Both the position numbers and the translations under genes were made by a program. From Candidatus Latescibacterota bacterium (lineage in GTDB: Bacteria; Latescibacterota; UBA2968): a stretch of DNA of 64,000 nt. Below, piece by piece: positions 61,004 to 64,000 of this stretch. The first letter of the stretch is position 1. The number at the start of each line of letters is the position of its first letter. Below the pieces are notes generated by a model. It was not told where the DNA came from. It was given only the letters and a program-made list of their open reading frames with translations, and did not search any database. Where the stretch lies: positions 1,920,001 to 1,984,000 of the forward strand of contig OZ242320.1 of assembly GCA_965208125.1 (NCBI GenBank), read 5' to 3'.

Positions 61004-61044
61004 AGAGAAAGCCCGCTTCTCGCGTTGGGAAGCGGGCTTTCTCT
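61004..61044. terminator. hairpin terminator between convergent xre and rsmG
   Basis: AGAGAAAGCCCGCTTC...GAAGCGGGCTTTCTCT. Confidence 0.8.
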
Positions 61045-61095
61045 CTGGTTATATGATAAATAATTCGTTAATATAATCTTCTATTTACTAACTTA

Positions 61096-61111
61096 TGTTT
61101 CACGTGGAACG
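61096..61111. other. parS site
   Basis: TGTTTCACGTGGAACG versus consensus TGTTTCACGTGAAACA. Confidence 0.85.
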
Positions 61112-61140
61112 ATGTACAACTGGTCGTATCCCAGACCAGT

Positions 61141-61779
61141 TCAACGTCTTTTAAGAAAGACAAAAGACCGTCTTCGTCGTGTAAATGGCAAGATCAAAGA
61201 GGTTTCAGTAGTATAGATGTGGTGTGGAACACCGTTTGTGAACTCGCAGAGAGAATCTGGGCCTTTCATTGAAATAAGTACTCCGTGGGGAGCGAGAAAA
61301 GGTTCAGCCCAATTCCAGAGTTGGGGCAGCCGTGCAACTGCGCGGGCTGTAACAATCAGAAATTTACCAGAAAATGAGGACTCTTCAACAAGATGCTCAG
61401 CGCGACTTCTGATAGCGAAAGTGTTTTGAAGACCGAGCGCAGTAATAGTTTCCTGGAGAAAGAGGTTTTTCATGCGAGTAGGGTCAAGGAGATAAACTTC
61501 GAGGTCGGACCTCATAATCTTGATCACAATACCCGGCAGACCAGCACCTGAACCCAAATCCAGGAGAGGACCATTTCCTGGAAGGTGCGGTACCAGCGAG
61601 AGACAATCGAGAATATGACGTTCCCATATAAAATTGCGATCATTTCGGGAGATCAATCGAACGCGACCTGACCAATCAGTAAGCAAATCGACGTATTGCC
61701 GGAGTCTGGAGACCTGTTCATGAGCAAAAGAAAGCTCAAAGGACCTCGCCGCAAGATCAATGGCTTCATCGGGTTCCAT
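61141..61779 (-). CDS. rsmG: 16S rRNA m7G527 methyltransferase
   Basis: RHILDCL, LDLGSGAGLPG, RAE, TARAVA, MKG. Confidence 0.93.
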   Translation of the reverse strand: MEPDEAIDLAARSFELSFAHEQVSRLRQYVDLLTDWSGRVRLISRNDRNFIWERHILDCLSLVPHLPGNGPLLDLGSGAGLPGIVIKIMRSDLEVYLLDPTRMKNLFLQETITALGLQNTFAIRSRAEHLVEESSFSGKFLIVTARAVARLPQLWNWAEPFLAPHGVLISMKGPDSLCEFTNGVPHHIYTTETSLILPFTRRRRSFVFLKRR

Positions 61780-61842
61780 TGGATATACCCTTTAGAAAGG
61801 CGGTAAGATGTAAGTGGTGAGAAGACCACCCAATCCCTCTTA

Positions 61843-61858
61843 TGTTTCACGTGGAACG
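61843..61858. other. parS site
   Basis: TGTTTCACGTGGAACG, same CTTA flank as the first site. Confidence 0.85.
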
Positions 61859-61912
61859 TTTTACAGCTGGCCGCGTCATCCCGTGATGGTTCTACACGGG
61901 GCCAGTTCAACA

Positions 61913-63259
61913 TTATTTGCCAATGCAAAAGGTTTGGAAGATTCGATCAAGAACATCATCGGGCGTGGTCTCTCCAATGATCGCGGCGAGAGCGTCCAGA
62001 GCAACGCGGAGGTCCAGGGCAATAATTTCCCCCGGATTGCCGAATTCAAGACTCTGAAGTGCCTGAGAAAGTCCCTTTGAAGCTTGTTGAAGTGCGAGAA
62101 CATGCCGTTCTTTGGTGACAATTTCGTCAGGCAAGTCGCTCTTTCCCAGAAGAGTCTCACGAAGGCGATTGCGCAAAGCGGTGATGCCATTGCCCGTTTT
62201 GGCTGAAAGAATGATCTGGAGATGGAGAGACTGAACGCTTTGCCATCCGGTATGAATACCCAAATCGCTCTTATTGAGAACGAGAAACGCCTGATCATAA
62301 CGACTGATGTTGTCCAGGTCCTGGGAATATGGAGGAAGCGATCCATCTACAATATAGAGAACAATAGCTGCACGGTCTATGAATTGTTGAGACCGACGCG
62401 TACCCTCTCTTTCCACCGGGTCGTCGGTATCGCGAATACCTGCAGTGTCAACCAGTGTAATAGCAATGCCATTGAGATCGATCTGCTCTTCAATTGTGTC
62501 CCGAGTTGTACCGGGAATATCTGTAACAATCGCTCGGTCTTCTTCGAGAAGTCGGTTGAGAAGACTGGATTTTCCCACATTGGGTTGGCCAGCGAGGGTG
62601 ACGACAGCACCTTCACGAATAATTTTTCCGCGGTCATACGAAAGAATGAGCTCTTCAATATGCTTTAATGCCCGAGAGATCGGTGGTTTAATCATCTCGA
62701 CATCTATCTCTACATCCTCGGAAAAGTCTAAATTAGCTTCGAGGAGCATGGCCGCCTGACGAATAGATTCTGCCATTTTTACGAAACGGCGATGAAACCC
62801 ACCTCGGAGTTGAAAAAAAGCAGATTGGAGGCTCAGATCAGATTTCGCGGTGATCATATCAGAAACTGCTTCGGCCTGTGAGAGATCTATTTTACCGTTG
62901 AGAAAAGCTCGCCTGGTAAATTCTCCTGGACCAGCCGGTCGAGCACCCTCTTGAAAAACCGCTTCCATAATCCGTCTGAGGAGAAAAGGCCCCCCATGGC
63001 AGTTAAATTCAACTGTATCGTCGCCGGTAAAGGAATTGGGAGCACGCATGACCGAGACCAGAACTTTGTCAAAATCCCGGCCCTGAATGTAGAGATGTCC
63101 AAAAGACAGTTGGCGAGAAGGAAGGTTGCCGAGAGGGGTTTTGCCTCTAAAGAGACGTTCTCCAATTGAGATGGCATCTGGTCCGCTGAGTCTGATGATG
63201 CCAATCGCACCTTCACCTGGAGCTGTGGCGATTGCCGCGATGGTATCGTTGTCGGACAT
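61913..63259 (-). CDS. mnmE: tRNA modification GTPase
   Basis: DTIAAIAT, GEFTRRAFLNGK, GQPNVGKSS, GTTRD, DTAG, NKSD, FCIGK. Confidence 0.96.
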   Translation of the reverse strand: MSDNDTIAAIATAPGEGAIGIIRLSGPDAISIGERLFRGKTPLGNLPSRQLSFGHLYIQGRDFDKVLVSVMRAPNSFTGDDTVEFNCHGGPFLLRRIMEAVFQEGARPAGPGEFTRRAFLNGKIDLSQAEAVSDMITAKSDLSLQSAFFQLRGGFHRRFVKMAESIRQAAMLLEANLDFSEDVEIDVEMIKPPISRALKHIEELILSYDRGKIIREGAVVTLAGQPNVGKSSLLNRLLEEDRAIVTDIPGTTRDTIEEQIDLNGIAITLVDTAGIRDTDDPVEREGTRRSQQFIDRAAIVLYIVDGSLPPYSQDLDNISRYDQAFLVLNKSDLGIHTGWQSVQSLHLQIILSAKTGNGITALRNRLRETLLGKSDLPDEIVTKERHVLALQQASKGLSQALQSLEFGNPGEIIALDLRVALDALAAIIGETTPDDVLDRIFQTFCIGK

Positions 63260-63272
63260 AGAAATAAACCTG

Positions 63273-64000
63273 TCAGGACGTGCCCAACATCGATTTGGTT
63301 TTTTCCATGATGATCTGCTGGGCGAGGGTCAGCACATTGTAGAGTGTATAATAAAAGACGAGGCCAGAGGACATACTCCAAAAAATATAGGTGAGAAAGA
63401 TGGGCATGATATAAACGAGGATGGCCTGCTTGGGATCTTTCATCATCATCTTTTGCTGAATAAACATCGATATTCCCATTAAAAGAGGCAAGAGGTGCAG
63501 GTCAAAACCACCAATAGGGATGGTATCAGGTTGGGAAAGGTCGGTAATCCAGAGAGCAAACCCAGCTTGCCGGAGTTCAATAGTACCGCGAAACAGAGAG
63601 AAAAGAGAAAACAGTATCGGCATCTGTAAGAGCATGGGCAAACATCCACCGATGGGATTGATCTTCTCGTCCCGGTAGAGTTTCATCATCGCCTGATTTA
63701 CTTTTTGCTGGTCGTTGGCATAACGTTCGCGAAGTTCGGCAATTTTGGGTTGGAGAGTCTGCATCTTGGCAGTGGATTCAAGACTCTTGTGCGTGAGTGG
63801 GAAAACAACGACCTTGACGAGAATAGAAAAAAGAATTATGACCACGCCGTAATTTGGAACCAGAGCGTGCATGGCGAGGAAGGCTTTGAGAATTAAAATT
63901 GTAACTGGCTTGAGAATGGCGCGTACAAAATAAGGACCGTAATCGACAAAGTCATCGAGGTCCAGTTCTCGTTCAAGTCCATCGAGATCGCGATTTTGAG
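63273..64000 (-). CDS. yidC: membrane protein insertase YidC (5' part beyond the window)
   Basis: NYGVVII, LQPKI, GCLPMLLQMP, WITDLSQPD; frame open to the window edge. Confidence 0.93.
   Translation of the reverse strand, partial: QNRDLDGLERELDLDDFVDYGPYFVRAILKPVTILILKAFLAMHALVPNYGVVIILFSILVKVVVFPLTHKSLESTAKMQTLQPKIAELRERYANDQQKVNQAMMKLYRDEKINPIGGCLPMLLQMPILFSLFSLFRGTIELRQAGFALWITDLSQPDTIPIGGFDLHLLPLLMGISMFIQQKMMMKDPKQAILVYIMPIFLTYIFWSMSSGLVFYYTLYNVLTLAQQIIMEKTKSMLGTS

Noticed and set aside
1-64000. tRNA, rRNA, IS or integrase genes
   Set aside because: None recognised by eye; small ncRNAs could have been missed.

Overview
This looks like a chromosomal segment of about 50-55% GC (by eye). 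Its content suggests an uncultured marine, probably sponge-associated bacterium (inference): a Sup-type PKS, a plant-type LRR protein with dockerin/EF-hand modules, GWxTD and DUF6785 proteins, PhyH dioxygenases and sulfatases. From left to right it contains: an AAA+/DUF4143 ATPase and a SWIM protein; a small catabolic operon; membrane and surface proteins including a 1.7k-aa LRR-metallopeptidase; a sup-like PKS cluster (hydrolase, PKS split by one in-frame TAG, ACP, permease); sugar-acid and sulfatase genes; and a nupC locus whose 3' end and downstream promoter are reiterated around cargo blocks with collapsed toxin genes. The right end is origin-proximal housekeeping DNA: ctpA, tmk fused to an extra domain, a pgsA-like gene, a DnaA-box/IHF cluster, an XRE switch, two parS sites, rsmG, mnmE and yidC. 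I saw no rRNA, tRNA, CRISPR array, integrase or transposase. All calls come from motifs read by eye; no database searches were run.
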